From a virus: 64,000 bases of DNA. Made by a program: the position numbers and the translations under genes. Where the stretch lies: positions 32,001-96,000 of the IMG/VR virus record IMGVR_UViG_3300037478_000520, one strand, 5' to 3'. Below, one piece after another: positions 55,978-63,908 of this stretch. Below the pieces are notes generated by a model. It saw nothing but the letters and a program-made list of their open reading frames with translations. It was not told the DNA's origin and ran no database searches. How positions within the stretch are numbered: the stretch's first letter is position 1; every line of letters starts with the position of its first letter.

Positions 55978-56655
55978 ATGGATGGACAGATGAGCAAAGT
56001 TGAAATTCTCGCAGCGTGTGACGCAATCCGCACCCGTTTCGCTGGGCGCGCAAAGCTTCGAGATCTCGCCAGCCGCGACGCGATCGCGCGCGCCGAACTG
56101 CAGCGCCGGCTGGGCCTGATCGACGACGCGACATTCGCCGGGCTGGAGCGGGCTGCACTTCGGGTTGCGGCGACCGGTGGAAAATCCGGCTGGTTTGCTT
56201 TCAATCGCCTCGCAGAGATTCGCGAGAATCGCGCGAAGGCGAAGGCTCGCCCGGCAGATCGCAAGCCTGGGCATGTGCAGTCAGTGATCGTCGATCGGCG
56301 GTTTCGCGAGGCCCTAGCCGCTGCTGGGATCCGCGCGACGACTCACGGACACGAAGACGTCTTCGTGTCCGTGCCGGTGGGCGCCGAAGGCGCTATCAGC
56401 GAGACCAGCACAATTTGGCCGAACCAGCTGGGGCTGCCGAATTCGTACAAATACCCGGTCACGTGCAGCACGCACACCTGGCTAATCAGCCCCGCGGTCC
56501 TGCGCCCCGAGGTGCGCGCGCTGAACGCCCGGTGCCCGTCCGGGATCGTCTATCTATCGGCGACCGTGCGCGTCCGGCAAGGCCGCGGAACGTCACTCGT
56601 GGTCGAGACTCTGTCCGCTCGCCAGGCGCTTCGTGCGCTCCGGGTGGCAGCATGA
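55978..56655 (+). CDS. Hypothetical protein
   Basis: First gene after P5. Confidence 0.7.
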   Translation: MDGQMSKVEILAACDAIRTRFAGRAKLRDLASRDAIARAELQRRLGLIDDATFAGLERAALRVAATGGKSGWFAFNRLAEIRENRAKAKARPADRKPGHVQSVIVDRRFREALAAAGIRATTHGHEDVFVSVPVGAEGAISETSTIWPNQLGLPNSYKYPVTCSTHTWLISPAVLRPEVRALNARCPSGIVYLSATVRVRQGRGTSLVVETLSARQALRALRVAA

Positions 56656-57590
56656 GCCTCGCTGCTATCACGCGCGTGGTCGAGCTCGTCGATCGCGGCT
56701 CACCACGCGACGGGCGGCGATTGCGCAGGCTACTATCCGCCGTCGACCGTGCGCCGGTCCCCGTGCGACCACGGCTGTTGGCCTCGATTGCTGTGGTCGA
56801 GCCTGCGCTATCCTCCCTGGTCGCGCAGCACCCCGGACCGCTGTGCCCCGCGTACCCGAGGGTGGACGCGGCAGTCGCCGCGCGGCTGGCGCTGGGCGAG
56901 CGACCCGCAGAGGTTCTCCGCGGCCTCACCCCCCGCGAGGCGCACGAGGCGCTGTCGACCGGGTGTTCGAGCGCTGTCGCGTGGATTCTGCGCGACTGCG
57001 CTGGGACTGAGGGCGTCCGGAGCGTGCCAGTCGCCAGGTGGCTCGTGGCGTGCCTCGCCGACCCTGCGCGCGCCGAAGCGCTCGACCGCACGCGCGAGGA
57101 GCACACTCCCGCGGGCGTGGTCGAGGGGCGGTACACCGATCGTGTCGACGAGATCACGCCGGCGGATCTCGCCAAGGGCGACCGGACCGGGGTGGCCAGC
57201 GCATTCCGCGCTGCGTCCGCGCGAATCTACGCGAAATGGTGCGCGAGCCACGAGCGCGACGAGACTCCGCTTGCCGCCGTTCCGAGCTGGTGGAGGCCAG
57301 TCAGGTGCGCGCGGCTGTGCCTGTCGCGCGCGAGCTTGATCCGAGAAGGTCGCGAGCTGCGGCACTGCGTAGGCACGTACGCACCGCATGTCTCACGCGG
57401 CAAGACCGTGATTGTCTCGATCGCGATTCGCGACGGGGCCGGGCTCGTGCACCGGTCGACGGTGGACATCGATCGCCGCACCGCGGCAGTCGTGTCGCAC
57501 CGAGGGGCCAGTAATTGTGAGCCACCGGCATTGAACAACCGCGCTATCGCGGTGCTCGCGCGGCGCTGGAAGGAAAATTGTCATGGATGA
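56652..57590 (+). CDS. PcfJ-like domain protein
   Basis: L.REG.ELRHCVGTY...V..G...IVSI, RSTVDI, HRG.SN. Confidence 0.8.
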   Translation: MSLAAITRVVELVDRGSPRDGRRLRRLLSAVDRAPVPVRPRLLASIAVVEPALSSLVAQHPGPLCPAYPRVDAAVAARLALGERPAEVLRGLTPREAHEALSTGCSSAVAWILRDCAGTEGVRSVPVARWLVACLADPARAEALDRTREEHTPAGVVEGRYTDRVDEITPADLAKGDRTGVASAFRAASARIYAKWCASHERDETPLAAVPSWWRPVRCARLCLSRASLIREGRELRHCVGTYAPHVSRGKTVIVSIAIRDGAGLVHRSTVDIDRRTAAVVSHRGASNCEPPALNNRAIAVLARRWKENCHG

Positions 57591-57855
57591 TCGAAAATCA
57601 ATCGACGCTGAATTGCACACCCTCCGAAGCTGCATCCGCGGCTGCGAGGACAGCCGGCAGCGCAGTGAAATGGAGGGTGCGCGGTTCCAAATTTACGCGG
57701 CCTTCGAGCACCGCGATCCCGACGCGGCGCGACGCTGGGCGAAGGCGCTTCGGGCCGCGCTGATCGCCGTCGACCACGACGAGCTGCGCGGCATGGGGCT
57801 CGATGCGCTGGGCGTGATCGAGAGCGCGATCGGGGACGGCGGAGGTGCGCTGTGA
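57583..57855 (+). CDS. Hypothetical protein
   Basis: AAGGA SD; ends GGAL. Confidence 0.65.
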   Translation: MDDRKSIDAELHTLRSCIRGCEDSRQRSEMEGARFQIYAAFEHRDPDAARRWAKALRAALIAVDHDELRGMGLDALGVIESAIGDGGGAL

Positions 57856-58244
57856 GCCGTCCCCTTCCCCGCGAGCGGGGCGTATCCTCGGCGGAGTTCG
57901 AACTCCTGCGTGGTGAGGCAATCGCGTACGGGGAGGGCCGGGGTGGCGATGTCGACCCGACGACTCCAGATGCGATCCGCCAAACTCTCGCCGAGCTGGG
58001 CGGTCGGCCCCCGAGCGAGGCGTCAATCGTCGAAACCTCCTCCGCGCTACGCACCGAGGTACTAGCCCACCTGGCGAGAGTGGAGCAGAACCGCCAAGCG
58101 CGTGTGGAGGCAGCGCGTCATCGGTCCGCCCGCACAGGGGACGGTGAGCTAGTCGAAGGCTCACTGTCGGTCGCAGAGCCCACGCCGCAGGATGCCCCGC
58201 GGTCGTGGGCAGAAGTGCTTTGCGCGCGCCGAGGTGCGCTATGA
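57852..58244 (+). CDS. Hypothetical protein
   Basis: Coupled junctions at both ends. Confidence 0.6.
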   Translation: MSRPLPRERGVSSAEFELLRGEAIAYGEGRGGDVDPTTPDAIRQTLAELGGRPPSEASIVETSSALRTEVLAHLARVEQNRQARVEAARHRSARTGDGELVEGSLSVAEPTPQDAPRSWAEVLCARRGAL

Positions 58245-58426
58245 GCCCGCACGACTATGAGCGCGCCAGCGTCATGGATCGCCAGGAACCGACCGAGTAC
58301 CGGCAGACAAAGGAAAAACCATTGGTGAAATTGATCTGCTGTGTGGTGTTGGCGGCTTTGGTCTCCGCTGCCATCTGCCTGGCCGCTTGGTATCTGGCGT
58401 TCTTACACCTCGCGCCATCGCTGTAG
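58241..58426 (+). CDS. Small membrane protein
   Basis: One TM helix. Confidence 0.55.
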   Translation: MSPHDYERASVMDRQEPTEYRQTKEKPLVKLICCVVLAALVSAAICLAAWYLAFLHLAPSL

Positions 58427-58442
58427 CCGAAAGCTTTACAAA

Positions 58443-59069
58443 ATGACCACAACAAAAAAACTACTCGGTGAGATCACCCACGCTGGCAAGTATGTCGAGA
58501 ACCGAGCGCCGAAACTGCTCGGCCCCGACCTGATCCGTAACCAGGGGCTGGTTAGGACCATCATCCAGGACTACCGCGCTAACCCGCGCTTTCCGTTCGC
58601 GCCGGGCTTCGTGGCCACGGCGGTCTACCGCTACGGCTGCTGGACTCGCACGATCGCGTCCAAGACCCTGCGACGCGTGGCCCGCGTGCCCTACTGGCTC
58701 GGTTACCTGTGGACGCGCGACGTGTACGGGATCGAGCTGTTCGACTCCGCGCGCATCGGGAGGCGGCTCAACATCGCGCACCAGAGCGGCATCGTGATCC
58801 ACTTGCACGCGGAGATCGGGGACGACTGCGTGATCCGGCACTGCGTGACGTTCGGCGAGGGCACGGGCCCGAGCGCGGAAGGCCCGGTCATCGGTGATCG
58901 CGTGAGCTTCGGGCCTGGGACGGTTGTGATGGGGGCCGTCGTGATCGGCGATGACGTGAGCGTCGGGCCAAACTGCACGATCTCGCGGGACGTTCCAGCG
59001 TGCACAGCGGTAGTCGCCGGGCGGCCAACCGTGGTCCCGAAGATCCGTCACACGAGGCCCGAGCCGTGA
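58443..59069 (+). CDS. Hexapeptide-repeat O-acetyltransferase (CysE/WcaB-like)
   Basis: YGIEL..SARIGRRLNIAH.SGIVIH..AEIGDDC.I.H.VT.G, PVIGDRV, IGDDV.VG.N....DVP. Confidence 0.9.
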   Translation: MTTTKKLLGEITHAGKYVENRAPKLLGPDLIRNQGLVRTIIQDYRANPRFPFAPGFVATAVYRYGCWTRTIASKTLRRVARVPYWLGYLWTRDVYGIELFDSARIGRRLNIAHQSGIVIHLHAEIGDDCVIRHCVTFGEGTGPSAEGPVIGDRVSFGPGTVVMGAVVIGDDVSVGPNCTISRDVPACTAVVAGRPTVVPKIRHTRPEP

Positions 59070-59377
59070 AAGGCCCTTGGTACATCACGCTGGCCGCCGT
59101 CGAGCACTGGATGCGCGTCCGCCGCTACCCCGACGACGACGCGCACTTTGAGCGCGCCGAGGACGAGCTTTTCGGGTTGATCCAAGGCGCCAAGCTTCGC
59201 CAGACTGACGCTGAAGGCCGGCAGCTGTGGCGCATAGGCCGACCGCACAAAGCCCGCATGATCGTCGACACACGCAAGCTGGAACGCGTGGACGGACGCG
59301 ACTTGCCGCGCCTGATCTGGGTTGGTCAGGGCCACCCGCCACACTGGTGCTGGACGAAAGAAGGAAACATTGACTAG
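59066..59377 (+). CDS. Hypothetical protein, possibly RelE/ParE-like fold
   Basis: GTGA coupling; WYIT..A / helix / LWRIG..RMIV / LIWVG.GH layout. Confidence 0.6.
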   Translation: MKGPWYITLAAVEHWMRVRRYPDDDAHFERAEDELFGLIQGAKLRQTDAEGRQLWRIGRPHKARMIVDTRKLERVDGRDLPRLIWVGQGHPPHWCWTKEGNID

Positions 59378-59486
59378 AGCGCCGATCAGAGAAGGGGAGA
59401 TCGCCACAGTCACCAAACGACTGCGCGTCACACCCGAGCAAGCCGAGGAGCTGGAGCGGGCTCCAGCGCAAAAGAAGGAAACTTGA
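59370..59486 (+). CDS. 38-aa RHH-like ORF (not in the ORF track)
   Basis: AAGAAGGA SD, TTG start, KRLRVTPEQAEELER. Confidence 0.45.
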   Translation: MTRAPIREGEIATVTKRLRVTPEQAEELERAPAQKKET

Positions 59487-59488
59487 AA

Positions 59489-61588
59489 ATGCAAACCATC
59501 GCCTACAAATACCGGATCCTTCGCGTGCTCTCCGACGAGCGGGCTATCATGGACGAGATCCGAGCCGGTCACCGGCTCTACAACGATCTAGTCGCCATCG
59601 AGCGCAAGCGACGGGCCGCGACCGAGGCGTTCTGGGCTGAGCGTGGTGGGTACCAGGATCTTCTGGCCGAGCGTGGGAAGGCCATCGAATTCGCCGAGTC
59701 GATTCCCAAGGGCGATGATCGGCGCGAGGAGAAGCGCGCGGCATGGCGCGCTGTGAACGATCTGCGTAAGCAGATCTGGGAGTGCGAGAAGGACGCCATC
59801 AAAGCGTTCCACGCGAGCGATCCCGTGAAGATCCGCAGGATGGAACGCGCCAAGGAACTCCGTGCTGCTGCGAAGGCGCGCAAGGAAAAGCTAACGGCGA
59901 AAAAGATCGCGGACATTCTTGACGAGGAACCAGATTGCCTGACCGAGCGGGATAAGCTGCGCAAAACGCTTATCCAGAGCTACAAGGATCGCGGCGTCGG
60001 GATCAGTGCGAAAACCGTGGCTGGCAAGCTCGCAGAGGCATTCCCTGGTCCGACGGAACACGTCGAGCAGGAGGCGAAAGCCGCGGCGTACACAGCCTAT
60101 CGCGAACGCGGTGTTACGCCCGGTACGCGCGCGGTGGTTGCGGACGCGCATGAGCGCTCGCTTGAGATGCTCGAGTGGCGAGAGCAACGCTTCAAGCCGT
60201 GGTCCGGCCACGGCGCATTCGGAACGCAAATCCAAGGAGGCGCGACGTACGGCGACCTATGCAGTGGCAGCCACACGTTTGCTCAACTGGAGTGCCTCGA
60301 CCGCGGCAACTACACTCCTGGATCTCGCCGGCATGGCAGTCTGCACAGGCTACGCGTGCGCCTTGGGTCGGACGGTCAGAAGCCCGTCTGGGCGGAATTC
60401 GAAGCGAGCCTACTTCGCAGCGGCCCGCGTACGTCCGCGTCGACATCGGATCCGATCCCACCCGATGCGCGCGTAATGCAAGTGCGCGTGGTGGTCGACC
60501 GAATCGGCGTGCACGACCACTGGTACGTCTGTTTCACGGCTCAGGTTCCGGACGCCGTGCACTTGCGGGATGAGCCGCCGACGAAGGGCGGGACGGTGGC
60601 CATCGACATTGGGTGGCGCAGTTTGGACGGTGGTTTGCGGGTCGGATACTTCCACGACGGGCAAGAGCACGGCCCCATCGACCTGCCAACGATCCGCAAG
60701 CGACTCAAGCCGCACGGGAAGCGAGGCGCCAAGGCGAAGTGGTTCGAAGTGCGCGACGTGTTCGATCACGCGAGTCACATCCAAGGGATCCTGTCTCAGG
60801 AATTCTACTCCGAGGACAAGGATGCGGCCGTGTACGGCGGCGCCTTGCATGACCTAGCGGTCTGGATCGACTCGCGCGGGCGCGATGCTCTCCCCGAGTG
60901 GCTCTCCGAATCTACCGCCGGGATCCGACAGTGGCGTTCGCAAGCTCGGCTCAACGGACTAGTTGAACGATGGCTTCACAACCGTTTCGAGGGCGACGGT
61001 CAAATCGTCGCTCGCATGGATCAGTGGCGCAAAGACTATAGGCATTTGCATGAATGGTGCGCGCGGGAGAGAAACCGCGCCCTGAACGCGCGCGACGAGC
61101 ACTACAGGCAGACCGCGCTACGCCTCGCGCGCGCGTACGAAACGATCGTGATCAACGGCGCCGACCTTGCAACCACGCGCCGCCGCAAACGGAAAGAGAA
61201 GGCCGCCCCCGAGCTGGTCATGGTCGAGGATGCGAAGCGTTCGCAGGCCTTCGACGCCGCGCCGGGGAAGCTCCGGGAAGAGATCGTAAAGGCGGCAAAG
61301 AAGTACGGCCGGACACTGGTCAAATTGCCGTTCGAAACCGAGAGGTGTCACGTTTGCGGGGAGGTGTGTGAATTTGACCGTGCCCGCTATCTCTCACACA
61401 AGTGCGAGCACGAGCCATGCACAGCACAGTGGGACCAGGACGCCAACGCGTGCCTGAATGCCCTTCGCGAGTGGTCCGGTGGCGCGAAAACCCCGGGGAC
61501 CGCTCGCAAACGCGACAAGCCCGCGAAGTCACGTGAGAAAACGACGGGGCGCGGCGACGCAATAGGCGCTGTGAGCGATTCGCTGTAG
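59489..61588 (+). CDS. cas12m: Type V CRISPR effector, Cas12m (V-M/V-U1)-like, probably nuclease-deficient
   Basis: RLGSDG..PVW, TVAIDIGWRS (RuvC-I), QWRSQ.R, R.RAL..RDE.YRQ.A, IVINGADL (RuvC-II E>N), AAPG.LR, CxxC..C...C Zn finger, WDQD.NA (RuvC-III); adjacent 36-nt-repeat array. Confidence 0.88.
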   Translation: MQTIAYKYRILRVLSDERAIMDEIRAGHRLYNDLVAIERKRRAATEAFWAERGGYQDLLAERGKAIEFAESIPKGDDRREEKRAAWRAVNDLRKQIWECEKDAIKAFHASDPVKIRRMERAKELRAAAKARKEKLTAKKIADILDEEPDCLTERDKLRKTLIQSYKDRGVGISAKTVAGKLAEAFPGPTEHVEQEAKAAAYTAYRERGVTPGTRAVVADAHERSLEMLEWREQRFKPWSGHGAFGTQIQGGATYGDLCSGSHTFAQLECLDRGNYTPGSRRHGSLHRLRVRLGSDGQKPVWAEFEASLLRSGPRTSASTSDPIPPDARVMQVRVVVDRIGVHDHWYVCFTAQVPDAVHLRDEPPTKGGTVAIDIGWRSLDGGLRVGYFHDGQEHGPIDLPTIRKRLKPHGKRGAKAKWFEVRDVFDHASHIQGILSQEFYSEDKDAAVYGGALHDLAVWIDSRGRDALPEWLSESTAGIRQWRSQARLNGLVERWLHNRFEGDGQIVARMDQWRKDYRHLHEWCARERNRALNARDEHYRQTALRLARAYETIVINGADLATTRRRKRKEKAAPELVMVEDAKRSQAFDAAPGKLREEIVKAAKKYGRTLVKLPFETERCHVCGEVCEFDRARYLSHKCEHEPCTAQWDQDANACLNALREWSGGAKTPGTARKRDKPAKSREKTTGRGDAIGAVSDSL

Positions 61589-61656
61589 ACCTGGGATCAG
61601 GAGCGCTCGCAAAACGGTTTGCAAGCGCGTGGGATCTTTGACAATCTAGCCGAGCT
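61464..61656 (+). promoter_or_regulatory. CRISPR leader 3, overlapping the cas12 3' end
   Basis: First 48 nt are 47/48 identical to 24472-24519; proximal TTGCAAGCGCGTGGGATCTTTGACAATCTAGC is shared. Confidence 0.85.
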
Positions 61657-62575
61657 GTATCAGAAGGCCCTCGGCGCCTTTGAAGCCGAGACCAGATGGC
61701 GTTGTGCATCTGGTTGTCGAGCCGCCGGGTATCAGAAGGCCCTCGGCGCCTTTGAAGCCGAGACCGCGACTGGCTTCATTCGGTTACTTTTTTCGATACT
61801 CGTATCAGAAGGCCCTCGGCGCCTTTGAAGCCGAGACACGCCCATGTCCGAGCCGCAGCGAAGCGCGTCGCCTCGTATCAGAAGGCCCTCGGCGCCTTTG
61901 AAGCCGAGACAGGGGGACCGCTCACCCGCAAGAGCGCTTTCAGCCGGCGGTATCACAAGGCCCTCGGCGCCTTTGAAGCCGAGACCCGCACGTCCGGATC
62001 GGCGAGCACCGGCGGTACGTGAGTATCAGAAGGCCCTCGGCGCCTTTGAAGCCGAGACTCTTGTTCTTGCATCTCTCCAAGAATCGCCCTATGGGGGTCG
62101 CACAAGGCCCTCGGCGCCTTTGAAGCCGAGACGCGCGCTGGAATGGTGGCGCTGCGCATCGGCGCGATCGTCGCACAAGGCCCTCGGCGCCTTTGAAGCC
62201 GAGACTAACACCCGGGCGCTGTTACCAAACACCCCAAGGCAGGGGTCGCACAAGGCCCTCGGCGCCTTTGAAGCCGAGACCGCGCGGCGCCGAAGCCGAA
62301 GGCGAAGCCACTCGCGCGCGTGTCGCACAAGGCCCTCGGCGCCTTTGAAGCCGAGACACGGGAGTCATCTTCGTGACCGGAACGAATACCCAGTCGCACA
62401 AGGCCCTCGGCGCCTTTGAAGCCGAGACTGTTTGGCGACGGCGCGAACTCCAAGTCGACCATCCTCGGTATCAGAAGGCCCTCGGCGCCTTTGAAGCCGA
62501 GACACTGATCACGACCTACGCGAGGTGGTCGCCGACGTGGTATCACAAGGCCCTCGGCGCCTTTGAAGCTGAGAT
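61657..62575 (+). CRISPR. CRISPR array 3 (cas-adjacent): 13 repeats, 12 spacers
   Basis: Core AAGGCCCTCGGCGCCTTTGAAGCCGAGAC with 5' variants GTATCAG, GTATCAC and GTCGCAC. Confidence 0.98.
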
Positions 62576-62597
62576 CAAGGCGTAGCCCGTTCCCTAC

Positions 62598-62840
62598 CTA
62601 GCTTTCCCCGAGGACCTCCATCAGCTCCGCGTCAGAGAACAAGTGCGGAAGCGTGCGCATCAAATGGTTCTTCGTCGTGCAATAGCGTCCATTACCAAAG
62701 TCCACGAGCATCCCGCGGACGAGTAGCCATTCACGCGCGCGCTCTGTGCTCCATGATTCACCGGTCTTGTCCGACATCCACAGCGCGAAATTCGCGGTGG
62801 TCATGATCGGAGTGAGCTTGACCTTGACATTACCTGCCAC
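62598..62840 (-). CDS. Small HTH/excisionase-like protein
   Basis: IMTTA.FA......S..RAREWL...G......GRYCTT. Confidence 0.6.
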   Translation of the reverse strand: MAGNVKVKLTPIMTTANFALWMSDKTGESWSTERAREWLLVRGMLVDFGNGRYCTTKNHLMRTLPHLFSDAELMEVLGES

Positions 62841-63543
62841 TGAATTTCCTCCCTACCTCATCCCATAATCTCGCGGCGCTGAGGTGCACCTTGCGCGCTT
62901 CACCCATGACCTCGCTGACCAATTCCTTGTGGCGCTGCTTGCTTCCTTCCATCGCAATCCAGCGGTAGATCCGCTCGTGCGTCGGGCCTTCTGTCTGTCC
63001 CGACTTGCGGGCTAGTTCCTCGAGTTGTTGGGCCACCGGAATCAGTGGGACAACGGCGAACAATTCGAACCAGGGCGCGTACACGGACGCCCGCTTGCGG
63101 AGTTCCTCAGGGGAGTTCCCAGCCACTGTGTACCGACTTCCCGCTGACCCGTAGGCAGCCTCGAGGACCGCCGCCAGATAGGCGTCTCGGCGCCGCACAG
63201 CGTCGAGTTGCCGCCCGGTCTCCGAGTAGCGTGTGTACAACGGGTCATCCGCTGGCTCCCAATTGAACGTGGGCTTTTCCGCATTGTGCTGCGCGCTGAA
63301 TCGCCGCTCGCGCAACGCCTCGCTGTATCCGCAATTCTCGCACCACTCGCCAGCGATCGGCTCTTTGCACCCGATACAGGTCCCCGCGGGTTGCGATTTC
63401 GGGCGCTTTTGCGGCGTGTACGACGGCGGTACGAAATACTTCTCCGCCCGGTCCAGTGCAGGACCCATTGATGACGAGCCCTCGAACACGGCCTGACCCG
63501 GCCCCAAGTACCACCGCAGATCCGTGTTGAGTTCGCGCTTCAC
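62830..63543 (-). CDS. Hypothetical protein with Zn-ribbon
   Basis: CIGC...WCENCG. Confidence 0.7.
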   Translation of the reverse strand: MKRELNTDLRWYLGPGQAVFEGSSSMGPALDRAEKYFVPPSYTPQKRPKSQPAGTCIGCKEPIAGEWCENCGYSEALRERRFSAQHNAEKPTFNWEPADDPLYTRYSETGRQLDAVRRRDAYLAAVLEAAYGSAGSRYTVAGNSPEELRKRASVYAPWFELFAVVPLIPVAQQLEELARKSGQTEGPTHERIYRWIAMEGSKQRHKELVSEVMGEARKVHLSAARLWDEVGRKFSGR

Positions 63544-63908
63544 CCGCGCTTGCCAGCCTTCTTCAGCGACTTGGTTCGTTCTCTCTTGTTAGGGACTCGC
63601 TCCTTTCGTGCCGACATGGACGGCGCCTTAGCACGCACGACGGGCACGATCTCCACGGCACGCACGGCCTTAAGAACTCCACCATCGAGCGTCCGAACGA
63701 TCACCGCTCCTGATTCGTCGTAGCCGATCACCTCGCCTTTTTGGCTTGGGTCAGATTTCCATGTGACGGACTGCCCGGGGTCGAGCGGCTTTTGTGGCTG
63801 CAGGGCAGCGAGGCGCGACTCGTGATAACGTCGCATGTACCCGACATCGCCGGTTGTCGTCGCGAGCGTGGCCGCGTGCAGCCAGCCAACGAAGTCGCCA
63901 GCATTCAT
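63540..63908 (-). CDS. Hypothetical protein (start may lie further right)
   Basis: SH3-like PGQSV.W....KGEV; GTGA coupling. Confidence 0.55.
   Translation of the reverse strand: MNAGDFVGWLHAATLATTTGDVGYMRRYHESRLAALQPQKPLDPGQSVTWKSDPSQKGEVIGYDESGAVIVRTLDGGVLKAVRAVEIVPVVRAKAPSMSARKERVPNKRERTKSLKKAGKRG

Noticed and set aside
59489-61588. IS200/IS605 TnpB transposon
   Set aside because: About 700 aa, Cas12m-type motifs, a directly adjacent CRISPR array, and no TnpA or IS ends seen.
61838-61874. Array 3 spacer 3 as a self-target near 38761-38773
   Set aside because: Only 13 contiguous nt match; the rest does not.
61911-61949. Array 3 spacer 4 as a leader-targeting autoregulatory guide
   Set aside because: Only 11 nt (GGGGACCGCTC) are shared with the leader, which is plausible by chance in GC-rich DNA.
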